Shown here in pieces: positions 41,163 through 54,672 of a stretch of 64,000 nt of DNA. Source of the stretch: Bugula neritina (taxonomy: Eukaryota; Animalia; Bryozoa); contig OZ037767.1 of the NCBI GenBank assembly GCA_964035545.1, positions 17,109,781 through 17,173,780 of the forward strand. The letters are read 5' to 3'. The notes under the pieces are model-generated. The model was not told the origin of the DNA and ran no database searches. It saw only the letters and a program-made list of their open reading frames with translations. Both the position numbers and the translations under genes were made by a program. The stretch's first letter is position 1, and each line of letters starts with the position of its first letter.

Positions 41163-43619
41163 CAAATCGTCACTTAAAAATTATGTTCGATTTTATACTT
41201 GTCTTATATGATTTCATGGCTAATGTTTTCTTATTCATACACATTTAAAAATATTGCATCAACACTACAAAATATAATGTTTTTGCGTTTGTTTTTAACT
41301 ACTTAAATTCAAACTTTGCAATGGTTTGGAGTCACGGAGAAACAAACTCAATCATAATACCTAATAGTAATCTTAACAATGAGCCGTACAAAAGCATTTT
41401 CAAATGAATAGGTAGCAATGAAAAGAAATTTAATGCCTTGTTAAATCATAATGCCACTCTTCACAGCTGTAGCTTTATATATAACTGTGTTACCTGTCTC
41501 TGTATAGACAGCTGACCACTGAGTCAGCTAGTAGGAGGGGTTTGCTGCTGTTGTTTGCCACAGGGAACTTATTCTATTTAGCCTTAGAACCTACACACAT
41601 TGTTTCAAGAAGACGTTATCCAACCCTAGAGTTTCCAGTTAAAATCTAAGTCTATTTTGAACTAAACAATCACTAGAAACCAAGTTTATTAGCTCCTTAC
41701 CTCATATCATCGTGCCTTATCTACAAGATGGTGAGCGAGTAGATAGTATGACACTGTGGAATAGTTGTACACAGGCATTCATAGTATGACATACACTGAA
41801 AGCTAAGAGTATACAGTGCAGTGGTAAGAAAAGTTATGATTATACTAGAATGTTCTACTAATGTATAATTATTTATTTTAATCACAGCAAACAGCTGTTA
41901 CAATACTCTATAGTTATTCACCTGGACTTAGGATAATACTATAACCAACTTCACAGTTATCAATAGTTACTTGTCATTAGTACTACACACTGTGAGGTGC
42001 AGTAATGGAGAAGTTTAGAAATGCCTGTGTTCTGGATTAGAAATGTGAGGAAACGAGGTTATGTTCTTTTCAACCTTTTCACTCAAAGTCTATTAAGAAA
42101 ATTGAAGAACTTAAGCTATTGAAATTTCTCTACTACTGCAATGAGGTGAAGCTCGACTGTTTGAAAAAGCAGTGAGGAGCTGGAAACCTGGGAAGTGTGT
42201 TTGAAGCATACCTGCACACATAAATGTGCTGTCTTGCTTTAGTAAAAAGAAATATACCTGCTTATTATGTGACAAGGCAAGGGCCAGGAAATAGTTTTAG
42301 TTTCTTATTAGAGTTCTTGTTGAGATAGCTTTAGCTCTTCGTGGTTTCTTATGTACATGATTACCGAGGCATAATGTTTTGAATAAACTTGAAAACTAGG
42401 GCTATTTCTGAGACCACAAGCTACTCCTAACTGCTTCACTGTTTTAGCTGCATGTAACGGACAGGAAGGAAGTCTGTATTTAAGGAACTCAAAGTTTCAA
42501 CTGTACATATTACGGTGTTATTGTGTTTGGTTGTGGATCTTATCTAGTTAAACATGCTGTAGGTGGTTGGTTGGCTCTGCACATATATTTGCCATGATAT
42601 AATAGTAATCCCATTTTCACAGCTTAGTTTTATGGAAACTTTGATTGTTCATTAATCAAAATTCAAATGAAATGACAGTCCATAGTCTGTTCCAAACTTC
42701 ATATAACTTAATGCAACTCCCATCAATGGTTAGGGGCTTTTCCCTATGGAGCAGAGACTACATTTCTTCTAACACTTTGGGTTGCAAATGTGACATACCT
42801 TTGTCAATTTATTAGTGTTTGAATGGTTAAGAATAATGAAGGCTGCATTTAACTATACTGTGTATTGATAACTATTGAAATGAATTAGAATATACAAGCA
42901 GGGACTGCATGGTCAGTTAGTGCAGCTGGTTTAGTAACATTACGACAAGCTTTCTGCCCACTGGTACATATAGCTAACTTTGTTCGAGTATTCTGTACAT
43001 ATAACTATTAGAAATTAGAATCAGGAAGCTGGTAAAGTTGATGCCAGGTGAGTTGTGTCAGCAGGTGTATATCAGTGTGTGGCTGTGACTTTTACTTTCT
43101 TATTGACTTTTGAAAATTAATCTTTATTTTCTTTATCAATATTTACTGAGGCCAAAGCTAATAAGCTACCCAATCTCAATAGGTAGCACATAATTTCATT
43201 TCGTTACTTTAGGCCTTAGGGGCTTTAGATGAGTTCTCTAAACTGTCAAGGAAAACAACTCCATAGTTTATATCCACAACTTCATATTGTAACAATATTA
43301 TTATATTTGTACTCTTTCTGGGCCATTGAACTTTTGCATGATTAGATATTGTATTGGAGTCAGTCGTATATACTCACTGCTACAGTTTCAACTCGGTACT
43401 ACCGTATCAAACTGCATGCTATAATCTAAGCAAGCTGAATGGGTTTTAAATAGAACAAGTTTGTAATACAAGCTTTGTATATAATAAATAGTTCAATAAT
43501 GAGACTTGAATTATGGACTTAGTATATTGCAGTAAAACAGCTGCTGCTGCATGCAGGTAATTGTGTAATGAAGGCTGATTTGTTTTCTGTTAGGTGTAGT
43601 GTTGAGTTGACCCAGTAGT

Positions 43620-43690
43620 CCTGGTGGTGGGATGCCTAGAGCGCGTGCTTGCAATCAGGAGGTTTTGGGTTTAAATCCCAGTAGGGACAA
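43620..43690 (+). mobile_element. Degenerate tRNA-like (Ala-TGC-like) sequence, probably a SINE head or pseudo-tRNA
   Basis: ctagagcgcgtgcttgcaatcaggaggttttgggtttaaatcccag: anticodon-arm-like cttgcaa and B-box-like ggtttaaatccc; stems imperfect. Confidence 0.4.
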
Positions 43691-43819
43691 AACTATTTTA
43701 TATTAGGTAATAGAAAAAGACACACCAGTTCTGTTTATTTTTTTCAGAATGGACTTAAGCTAAGACTCCAGTCACAAGTTAAGACTCTATAGTCACAAGC
43801 TAAGACTATAATCACAGAC

Positions 43820-46036
43820 ATGGCACACTTCAAATTACAGAAATGCTTTAAATGGATTCTAGCTATTGGAATGTTATTATCCATCAATTACCTGACAATG
43901 ACATACTTTACAGTGGTGGAACCAACCCCCCTCACACCAACCTCGCCTGAAGGTAAAGGAATGGCTACAGCAAGGCATGTCTCATTTCCTTCCAATGCAA
44001 AGTATTATCAGAAGAAGCCAGGAAATATAAATTTAGTTGATGTGAAGCCACCAATAGTGAAGCGATCAACACAAACTAAAGTCAAAACCCTCTACGCTCT
44101 CCAGGCCAACAAAACTAAAACAATTCAGCCAAATGTACCTGTAAAGAAAGTTCCTGCAACTAAACCCCCTGTAAATAAATCTCCTGTAAACAATCCCCCT
44201 GTACATAACCTCCCTGTAAATAAACCCTCTACACCTCAGCCTAAAAAGTCCATTGCAATAAAAGTAGAGACTCAATCCAACAGAACCAAGCTGATATTAG
44301 CCTGGACTAGCTTGACTGCTCGGAAACCATTGTGGGGAATAAAACCTTGGACATTCAGACACTGCGCCTATTCCCAATGTGAGATAACAGGGAATCGTAG
44401 TCTCTTGGATTCTGCTGATTTGCTGCTGTTCAGAATAAGAGAGTTGAAACCCAACTTGAATATCTCACCTTACAGACCTTACGTGAACGCTATAGACTTT
44501 ACCGACTTGCCTGTGCATCACAAAGCTGGTCAGATGTGGATGGACATAAACCAGGTTTGCAACTAAACTTTTAGAGTATAAATTTAAATGTTAACCTATT
44601 GTAATATTACATTTTACTAAATTAGCAAATTGGGAAAGATATAGTGCTATGGTCTTTTGCCAACTGACCATTGCTCATTTTTTCACCCTCGTTGTGATGA
44701 CCTATTCTTTGGTTCTCCTCCACCCTCTTCCCAACTTTTTATTCTAGGCTTCTTGTTTTATTTTAGTTAATATTAATGTGAAAAATAGCTGTTTTTCATA
44801 AATGATGCAATAAGTTATCTGTACCAACTTTTCATTTACCAACTTAGTATCTTCTGAGTACTTAATGCCAATTCTGCTCTATCTACGGGAAATACCAACT
44901 ACACAATATTCAAGCAAATAGCTACAAGCAACCCAGCGTCACACTAGTTGAAGAAATAAAGTATTGTAACCGAGATACAAAGATGGTAGATGAATGTTGG
45001 GTTAAGATTCACCCATAGCATCATTATTAAATGGTAAAATTTGTGAACATGTTTTCAGGAATCACCAGTATACACCCATGCAGATGAGGAAATACTACCC
45101 TTACAGAACATATTCAACCTGTCTTCCAACTATCTATTAAACTCAGACTACAGTATCTCATACATACCAACTGTCAGACTAAAAAACTCTTCCAAGTCTC
45201 TCAAGTCCATAGACTACTCTGCGGGAAAAACCAAAATGGCTCTCTGGTTTGTCTCTCACTGCCAGGCAGCTTCTGGTAGAGATGAGTATGTGAAAGAGCT
45301 GCAGAAGTATGTCTCTGTTGATATATTTGGTGAGTCAAATGTATATATTATGCATCAGTATTCTAATCAGATCGGTTCAAAGGTTGACTCAGTCCGTATA
45401 CTGAATCTACATCTAGGGCACTCTGCTGGTACTAATAAAAGATCTACAAGATTGCATTTTGTTCACTGTGATGTTTACTCTCTGCTAACCTGTGAATATG
45501 CTTGTTTCACTTCTTCCCCGAATTTCTTTATGATTTTCTTTGCAGGAAAGGGAAGCTGTTCTGGAAAATCCGATGGTTGTGCACCAGGAAACACCACTTG
45601 TTATGATGAACTGAGAAGTAAATATAAGTTTTATTTAGCATTTGAAAACAGTATTTGTAAGGAATACATAACGGAGAAGTTCTGGAACGCCCTGACATCA
45701 GCAAGTTACAATATTCCGATAGCTCTGGGTGCTTCTGTGGAAGAATACAAACGGTTTGCTCCTCCCAACTCCTTCCTCCACACCAGAAACTTCACGTCTG
45801 TAAAGTTGCTGGCAGAGTTCATGCACAAGCTAGATAAGGATACGAGTGCGTACAACAGTTACCATCAGTGGAGAGAATCACACGAGATTGTCCCAAGATA
45901 TCACGAAGAGTCGTTACAGTGTTACATGTGTCGACAGGCACACTTGAAACAAGACGGGAAGGCAGAATATAAAAATATCTCTAAATACTGGAGTAGAAAA
46001 AATAATTGTGATTTGAAACCTGAGCCAATCGGGTGA
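43820..46036 (+). CDS. Alpha-1,3-fucosyltransferase (GT10), copy A, ~498 aa
   Basis: Exons 43820-44554, 45059-45329, 45546-46036. Type II TM anchor, Pro/Lys stem, QESP, ALWFVSHC, YKFYLAFENSICKEYITEKFW (alpha-1,3-FucT motif), PPNSFLH. Confidence 0.93.
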
Positions 46037-46241
46037 TAGACATTGGCCAATCATGTGAAATCAAGAGCTGAATCATGATTCATTGTTAGTTGTAAGTGCT
46101 TCTATTTAACAACTAGGAGTTGTTTACACTTTCCCTTCAAGCAACAATATTAGGTTCATATGTCATTTTATTAATTGATAATCTTCATGCAGCTATAAGT
46201 TTCTTTGATATAATGTAATTTTTCTGACTTCCAAAATACAA

Positions 46242-48802
46242 CACAGTTAGTTTAAGGTCACACTTTTCATTTTCTGGCTCTTTGCCAGGTGCTTTATGTT
46301 CTATATGAACAATGTTCCACTGATAGCTCGAACAGGTTGAATGTCACAGGAACAAAAAAAATATGAAAAGATAAAGAAACTTATGTTCTCCAATATACTT
46401 TTTTATTTTTTTCAAAAACCAATTCATGTTTAAGTTATAGCTTGTTGAAAAACATAGTCCCCCTTCCACATTCTTTTCAATTTATACGCTCCTGACTTGT
46501 TATCGCGTCTCAATATGCCTTGTATTTGAGTGCTATAGTTAGTCTCGCTTCACTAACTTTGCCTATACTTCACAAGTGCCAGTGCTGCTGGCTCAAAAGC
46601 TAAATGTTATAAACTGTCAGCTAAAACCCAATCTTGTATTCCTAGGTTGGTTGGCCTAAATAAAACAATAGTCAAATCATGATTTCATGTTTTAAAAATT
46701 TACTCTATTCTAACCTGCTGCCTAGCTATAGTTCTATTTTCGATGTATAATTACAAAATTTGTGATACATTTTTTGGCAACCATGTGATTTATAAAATGC
46801 AGTAATGGTACTTATAATATTATATTATTATCATTATAATATATTATATAGTATTATGTGTGTTTTTATTATACTGCATAATATCTATTTTATTATTGTT
46901 GTTGTGCAAACAAGTGCAATTAACCTAGTTTTCAAAATGTACCTCTAAATTATCAGAATATCAGTTTAGATATGTTCATGCTTTGTAAGGTAAACCTAAA
47001 AAAAGAGGCTGTATTCCCAAAGTAAAGGGTGTTGAACTATGAACTATATTAGATTAGCCACTCTGCTACCGAGTGCATCAGTATAATATTATATGAATAG
47101 CTCTGATGCTTTGTCTCCGGTGGCTGGCTGCGATATGATAACTTGGCCAACTTCCAAGAGTTTAAAATTGGCGCAATTATTCAAGAGGTTACATACTGCA
47201 CAGAGCTAGCAGTGATAGTACTTATTACAACTGCCAGCATATAAGCTGCATTGTAGAATGCCGTTGGGGTAGGCTAGTAAAACCAAATTCTGCTCTCTAA
47301 TATACCTTAGACACAATGCAGCAACACAATTTTTAGTTTCAAATTACATTTGCCACCCTTACATGAGCTGTGGGCTTCATAAAGATTCATATGATTAGAG
47401 ATTTATGCTGTAGGCCCTATCTGTGCTAGTGTATGATGAAAATAACACACCATTGTCAAAGTTAACTTCAAGTATGTTGTTTTCCAGAAACTCAGTAATG
47501 TCCATTTATCTCTCGCATACAAATACTTATGTAATAGCATATAGTTTAAGTTTTATTTTAGAGCACATCTGCAAACTCTACAATAAGAGCTTGCTTTACC
47601 AGTCTATTTCAGAGTTGTTTTTGTAGCTAGCAATACGCAAGCTACTTATTTTTTAAACTTTTGGGTTATTTGTTCAAAACCATTAGCTTTGCTAGTAACC
47701 TGAGACTATTGCAACAGTTGACTGCTATCAGCATCAATTGACAGCCTAATAATTATAACCCATTTGCGCGCGAAATATTTATGTAATGATAGTTACTCAT
47801 ATAATGCGCATTTCATTAAAGACGAATGCGTGGTCCAGAGGTTAGAGGCGTCAGTGAAGAGTTTGTTGGTCATGGTTCAACCCTGTTTTGTTGCAATTTT
47901 TTTTGTCAACTTATGCAAATCCTACGCATGTATAATAAATATGGCTATAATTGTAAAGTTTTTTTTAACTTTTGTTCAACAGTAAGACAACATACATGCA
48001 TAATAATTAGATACTGAACACTGGACTAAACCTTAAATTGATCTTATAGAATACAATGTACTTAAAATAATCATATGCGAATTAGAGAAACTGAAAGTAC
48101 ATCTGCTGCGCTATAGACAGACCTTTACTGACAAGACTGCAAAGTGAAGTGATTTAGCTGAAATTAACTCTGCCAAACAAACAAAGAATTATGTTGTGCT
48201 GAGGCATTTTCAATATATTATTGTAACATAGTGAGATGATTCAGCTAAGTGCTAATGTAAAACAGGGAACATTATATTGGCAGAAATCCAATAGATTGCC
48301 AATTTGTGCGAGAGGGTACTATATGTTATTGTGATAGCGCAGAGCGGCAAACGTACTAGGAGTGTTATAATTAGTCACAGGAGCGTAGCTAGAACCACCA
48401 TATGAAGAATTTAGAAAATTGCAGTGAAACTTGCAAAATGGTGTATGTTTTTACCAAATTGTGAAGAGCATAAACAGAATTTCAAAAAACAAAGAAAGTA
48501 TATTAGAGAAAACATATCAAGGAATGTCAAGTTTAACTTTTAGACTTTATAAAATGAATCCCCTGTGCTACAGCAGTGGAACATGGAGGGTGTAAAATTT
48601 TACTTATTATGCAACAAATTTCTCAGAAAATTTTTTATTGAAAAATTAAAAAAGTATATGAAAGAGGAATGCAAGAGCTATCTTTTCATGTAAAATTTGT
48701 TAATGTGAGACAAAAACTGTTCGAGCTATCCCCTGGAAACCGTTTATATATAACATAAAGCAGTGCTTGAATCTGGAAAGTAATGACCTTAAACTAACTG
48801 TG
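46242..48802. mobile_element. 2.56-kb non-autonomous DNA transposon with CAC...GTG termini (Chapaev/Transib-like ends)
   Basis: Perfect 19-bp TIR cacagttagtttaaggtca / tgaccttaaactaactgtg; imperfect inverted similarity extends ~170 bp (gctttatgtt, gatagctcgaacag, atgaaaagata...atatactttttta); no matching TSD; no transposase ORF. Confidence 0.7.
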
Positions 48803-50128
48803 AAAGTGATTGATTTTGTGTTGTTAAAACTGTCTAACAATTGAAACTATTGTTACTATATATATAAAGCACATTTAAATAAACACTTACTATTTTGTAA
48901 CTATTTTGGTTTCTTATTAATGTATATAATGTAAGTTGAGAATTGGATGCCTGGGCTGTGAGAAGCTATAAATGTTTTATAAATGAATGGTTGAAAAAAT
49001 GTGAATGTTTTTAATAACAGTGTTGTGCAATGTTGTTGTAGTTTTGTGCGCTACTAGATTGTGTGTTATTGTGTGCTGATAATTACTGCATATCCACTGT
49101 GAAGTTATGTGAAGAACCAAATAAGTTGATCATAGAACGAGAGAACTGTATTGAATCAATTACACACGATAAACTATTATACATATAAAAGAGAAAATAT
49201 AACAACAGTAAAAGCAATTACACGTAGTTATCCCAATAGGTTAGTCATACTAACACTGTCCGGGACAGCCTGCACGCGCCGGAAGGCGCTACTCATATAT
49301 ACATGAAGTCAATCCTGATTGGACGACACAAGATTCCGGCGGTGTCGTGTGCAGTTGCTGGCGGTGTCACCCGTAATTATTAGTATGGCACCGCATGAAG
49401 ATACGGCATGACTTGGAGTTGCCATTCCTGACCTTAATCTATTGAGTTATGTTTAGTAGGGGGTACTGGGGGATATACTTTCACTAACCATTACAATGTT
49501 TAACAACAAAGAAAAAAATTACGATTGTTTTTTCATATATGAAATATAACATTTTGTTGGTTTAGTAATAGTTTTGCAGCATTACCAATAGACAAATTTT
49601 TAACTACAAATTTGCATTATACTTTATGGGCAATAACTATGGAATATTGGGAAAAAAAGCTACTCACTAAAGTAAATTTTTGAGTTTATAGAGTTGTCTT
49701 TTATAACTAGAAAACAGACACAATGCTTAATTATAAAATAATTTACAAAGGACTTGCAGATTTCATAAATAGAAATAGGAGATAACATTTGGATAATAGA
49801 TGGGGGTACAATGTAGCTTACAGTTCATGCTATAACATGGCATGATATGATATAACATAAAATGATTTGATATAGTATTCGTAATTTCATGAAATGTTCG
49901 AAATCTGTGTTAGTCGCCCAAGTCTAGAGGCGGATTATTCAAGTACAAGAAATGTTAATATGGATCCTCCCATACACACACCATCTGTCATCCTTCAGCA
50001 CCAATATTTTACAGATGCTGCTATTACTTTGTTGCATAGATAGAAAGTGTAAACAACTCCTAATTGTTAAACTGAAACAATACCACAACTAACCATGACT
50101 CATGATTCACAGAATTGGCCATTGTCTA

Positions 50129-52103
50129 TCACCCGATTGGCTCAGGTTTCAAATCACAATTATTTTTTCTACTCCAGTATTTAGAGATATTTTTATATTC
50201 TGCCTTCCCGTCTTGTTTCAAGTGTGCCTGTCGACACATGTAACACTGTAACGACTCTTCGTGATATCTTGGGACAATCTCGTGTGATTCTCTCCACTGA
50301 TGGTAACTGTTGTACGCACTCGTATCCTTATCTAGCTTGTGCATGAACTCTGCCAGCAACTTTACAGACGTGAAGTTTCTGGTGTGGAGGAAGGAGTTGG
50401 GAGGAGCAAACCGTTTGTATTCTTCCACAGAAGCACCCAGAGCTATCGGAATATTGTAACTTGCTGATGTCAGGGTGTTCCAGAACTTCTCCGTTATGTA
50501 TTCCTTACAAATACTGTTTTCAAATGCTAAATAAAACTTATATTTACTTCTCAGTTCATCATAACAAGTGGCGTTCCCTGGTGCACAACCATCGGATTTC
50601 CCAGAACAGCTTCCCTTTCCTGCAAGAAAAATCATAAAGAAATTCGGGGAAGAAATGAAACAAGCATATTCACAGGTTAGCAGAGAGTAAACATCACAGT
50701 GAACAAATTGCAATCTTGTAGATCTTTTATTAGTGACAGCAGAGTGCCCCAGATGTAGATCCAGTATATGAACTGAGTCAACCCTTGAACCGATCTGATT
50801 AGAATACTGATGCACAATATATTCATTTGACTCACCAAATATATCAACAGAGACGTACTTCTGCAGCTCTTTCACGTACTCATCTCTACCAGAATCTGCC
50901 TGGCAGTGAGAGACAAACCAGAGAGCCATCTTGGTTTTGCCCGCAGAGTAGTCTATGGACTTGAGAGACTTGGAAGAGTTCTTTAGTCTGACAGTTGGTA
51001 TGTATGAGATACTGTAGTCTGAGTTTAATAGATAGTTGGAAGACAGGTTGAATATGTTCTGTAAGGGTAGTAGTTCCTCGTCTGCGTGCGTGTATACTGG
51101 TGACTCCTGAATTCACATGGTTAATACATTATTTAGAAAAGACGGAAAAATTTATCCAGAATGAAACAAAATACATAGAATAAAAATGAGGAATTGGGGA
51201 GAAAAAGTGTTCGAAAAAAGAGCATAAGGATCAACAACCGTCAGTTGGCAGAGTAAGATCTTTGCCTTATATGTTACCTAATTCACTAATCTAGTAAAAA
51301 GTAATATCACAATAGACTACCAAAAAAGTAAACAACTGAATTTAAACTTCAACACTATAGTTGCTAACCTGGTTTATGTCCATCCACATCTGACCAGCTT
51401 TGTGATACACAGGCAAGTCGGTAAAGTCTATAGCGTTCACGTAAGGTCTGTAAGGTGAGATATTCAAGTTGGGTTTCAACTCTCTTATTCTGAATAGCAG
51501 CAAATCAGCAGAATCCAAGAGACTACGATTCCCTGTTATCTCACATTGGGAATAGGCGCAGTGTCTGAATGTCCAAGGTTTTATCCCCCACAATGGTTTC
51601 CGAGCAGTCAAGCTAGTCCAGGCTAATATCAGCTTGGTACTGTTGGATTGAGTCTCTACTTTTGCTGGAATAGGTTTTTTAAGCTGAGGTGTAGGGAGTT
51701 TATTTACAGGGGGTTTATTTCCAGAGGGTTTAGTTACAAGGGGTTTAGTTGCAAGTACATTTGGCTGAACTGTTTCAGTTTTGTTGGCTTGAAGAGCGTA
51801 AAGGGTTTTATCTTTAAATTGTGTCAATGGCTTCACATTTGGTGGCTTCACAGTTGGTGGCTTCACAGTTGGTGGTTTCACATTCACTAAATTTATATTT
51901 CTTGGCTTCTTCTGATAATACTTTGCATTGGAAGGAAAGGAGACATGCCTTGCTGTAGCCATTCCTTTACCTTCAGACGAAGTTGGTGTGAAGGGGGTTA
52001 GTTCCACCACTGTAAAGTATGTCATTGTCAGGTAGTTGGTGGATAATAACACTCCAATAGCTAGAATCCATTTAAAACATTTCTGTAATTTGAAGTGTGC
52101 CAT
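50129..52103 (-). CDS. Alpha-1,3-fucosyltransferase (GT10), copy B, ~498 aa
   Basis: Exons 51369-52103, 50836-51106, 50129-50619; same motifs as copy A. Confidence 0.93.
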
Positions 52104-54143
52104 GTCTGTAAGTAACTTCTGACTATAGTTTTAACTTGTGACTGCAGTCTTGACTTGTGACTGATGCTAACATAGGTCCATTCTGAAAGAGATAGGCAGT
52201 TGTTTTATAGACGTTTCTGTTGACTCCTACAAAATTTACTTCTACTTTGCAGAGTATCTGTGAAACAGTTTGAAGATGTTCGTGAAGCTACAAATTTGTT
52301 TACAATTTATACTTTAAGTTTCTGCATTTTTTGTGCTACAATAGTAATGTTAATAATAAGTTATGCTGATAATAATAATAATAATAATAATAATAAAGAG
52401 TTTGTATTAATAGCGTGATTGTCCCACCACCCAAACATGACAGAGCGAAGATATAGGTGTGGAAAAAGAAAATTAATAGTGTGCTTGTGAAATAAATTCA
52501 GCTTTTGCTATATGTATTATAAATAGAAGTAATATAAAACAATTATATGTTATACGTGTTGTAGTTATAGTGTGCTTGTAAACATAAATAGCTTCAATAC
52601 TATATAATATATTATAAATAGAAGTAAAGTAATTATAAGATATATGCATATATAATGTGTTATTTTTACTTATAATTATTAAACATTTGTGATGTCACAA
52701 ATTTACCTGAAATTAGAGCTTCTTCACCTGAGATTGCTTAGTCAGTATCTACAGCCTCTTTCTGACTACACTTTGTTGCTGTCAGTCTCCCAGCTTGTAC
52801 CCAGTAAATAATCTGCACCTAGTCTATAGTATAGCTGAGTAACACATGACCTAGATATATTCAAGTCTGTATCATTCACCATACAAAAGATACTCAAATT
52901 TCTTTCCATGGTTTAAATACGAATGTAAAGGTTTTAGCAAAAAGCAGTCTGCCATGTAACAAATATCTTCATGTTGAATAGAAATATATCAGTCACATAA
53001 GTTCCCGTTTCAAGCTCACAAGATAGAAAACTATTGATTTATGTGAATGCAGAAAGAGAGATGAATACAAAGTGTCAATTTTTAGCCTATTGTCCATTAT
53101 TTTCTCTTCACTTTGACTACTGAGAGCGTACTATGAGATCCCATTACATTTAATATAGCCTACATCAATGATTAACTGACAAATGGTTCCACACAAAACT
53201 ATAGTAATTGAACTCAGGGCATGTTTAAAGCCAAAACAAATGAGATGTTTATATAGCGATTGCCATTATATAACTATTGGCCTAAATATTGGATAAAATT
53301 CCCTGAATCTCCTATTTGACTCTTCAAGTTTATGTCATGTATTATTTGCAAACTTTTACCTGCAATTAAAAAGTTTAAGCAGATGATATTAAATAAGTAA
53401 ATGTCAATATAATAAGTAATTTTCTTTGTGGAAATCTCAACCCAATCATCTGATTTGAGTTTATGCTTGTGCCAATAAAACACATGACTGATTATATTTA
53501 TGCTAAATTTTTAAAATTGATGGTTAATAATCTAAGATATTCATTTTATTTTGCCATAAAAATGATTAAAATTGCAGTCTAAAAAAGATGAAAAAGTGCA
53601 AAAGTGTACTTCACTGTTTTTCTTTTACATTCTACTTTATAAGGCTAATACGCACAAGTTGAGGCCATGCTATAACTTAGGCACTAAAATCAGCTCTCAA
53701 TTTTTAGCATAACCCCATATACTGTTCTATTCACACCTTGACCTTGACCTTGACTATTGTATGCATATAAACATGCGTATTGATTATAGCAGGTCTCATA
53801 GTATAAACCACCAATGTATAATCATAGCTAGAATAATAAACCCAGCTAGATTATTGTATGGAATAAATACAGCAGACAGCTGGTTGAAACAATCACAGAA
53901 AGTAGTACAATAATAAATCTCTATTCTTCAATAGCAAAAATAATTTCACTGACCAACAAAACAACACAGCATATTATGCAACTATATAGATACAAGATAT
54001 GATAAATCCATATACATCTATATAGGCTATTATATTATTACACTATATCACTAGATACATCCCTAAACTATTAGTTATCTTGTAGATATTTATAGTATTA
54101 ATAGTAAACTCTGTACACTTGGTGATACATTCAGATTATGTGA

Positions 54144-54325
54144 CTAAAGAGCAGACGACTCTCTGGGTTTGAAGGAAACTTTGAATTCTCCTGGAAATCT
54201 GATGAGTCCGTAGACATCAGGTTTGACATCTCCGGAGAGGCTGACGTTGAACTTCTGCAGAATAGCTGTGAGGAAGAGAAAGATTTGCCACTGGCTGACG
54301 GTTTGACCTAGACACGACCTCACAC
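54144..54325 (-). pseudogene. Orphan terminal exon of a cytochrome P450 (clan-2-like), carried by the duplication
   Basis: After acceptor ttgcag, phase 1: (G)VRSCLGQTVSQWQIFLFLTAILQKFNVSLSGDVKPDVYGLIRFPGEFKVSFKPRESSAL*; heme-ligand motif GxRxCxG plus the typical FLFLT.ILQKF...GL...P..F.V...PR tail; upstream is (CA)n and the duplication junction, with no further CYP exons. Confidence 0.85.
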
Positions 54326-54423
54326 CTGCAACACACAGACAGACGGAACAGGAGTGTACACTGTCTACCCCCTCAGGGGTGTACGCTCTCTACCCTACCT
54401 CAGGGGTGTACGCTGTCTACCTT

Positions 54424-54595
54424 ACACACACACGCACACACGCACGCATGCACGCACACGTACACGCACACTCACACGCACACGCACACACGCACACACA
54501 CACACACGCACACACACCACACACAAACACACACAAACACACACAAACACACACACCACACACACACAAACACACACACCACACACACACAAACA

Positions 54596-54670
<75 letters not shown>
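54424..54670. repeat. (CA)n compound microsatellite at the duplication junction
   Basis: Direct reading. Confidence 0.97.

Positions 54671-54672
<2 letters not shown>

Noticed and set aside
43620-43690. Functional tRNA-Ala gene
   Set aside because: Acceptor and D stems do not pair well and the T-loop is degenerate; kept only as a tRNA-derived relic.
45330-45545. FucT intron 2 is 216 nt and open in frame in copies A and B
   Set aside because: Canonical GT/AG ends; copy C's intron is 218 nt and breaks frame, so it is most likely chance plus recent shared ancestry.
54199-54225. Hammerhead-like ctgatgagtccgtagac
   Set aside because: No following GAAA or stem III; it is the antisense of the CYP exon.
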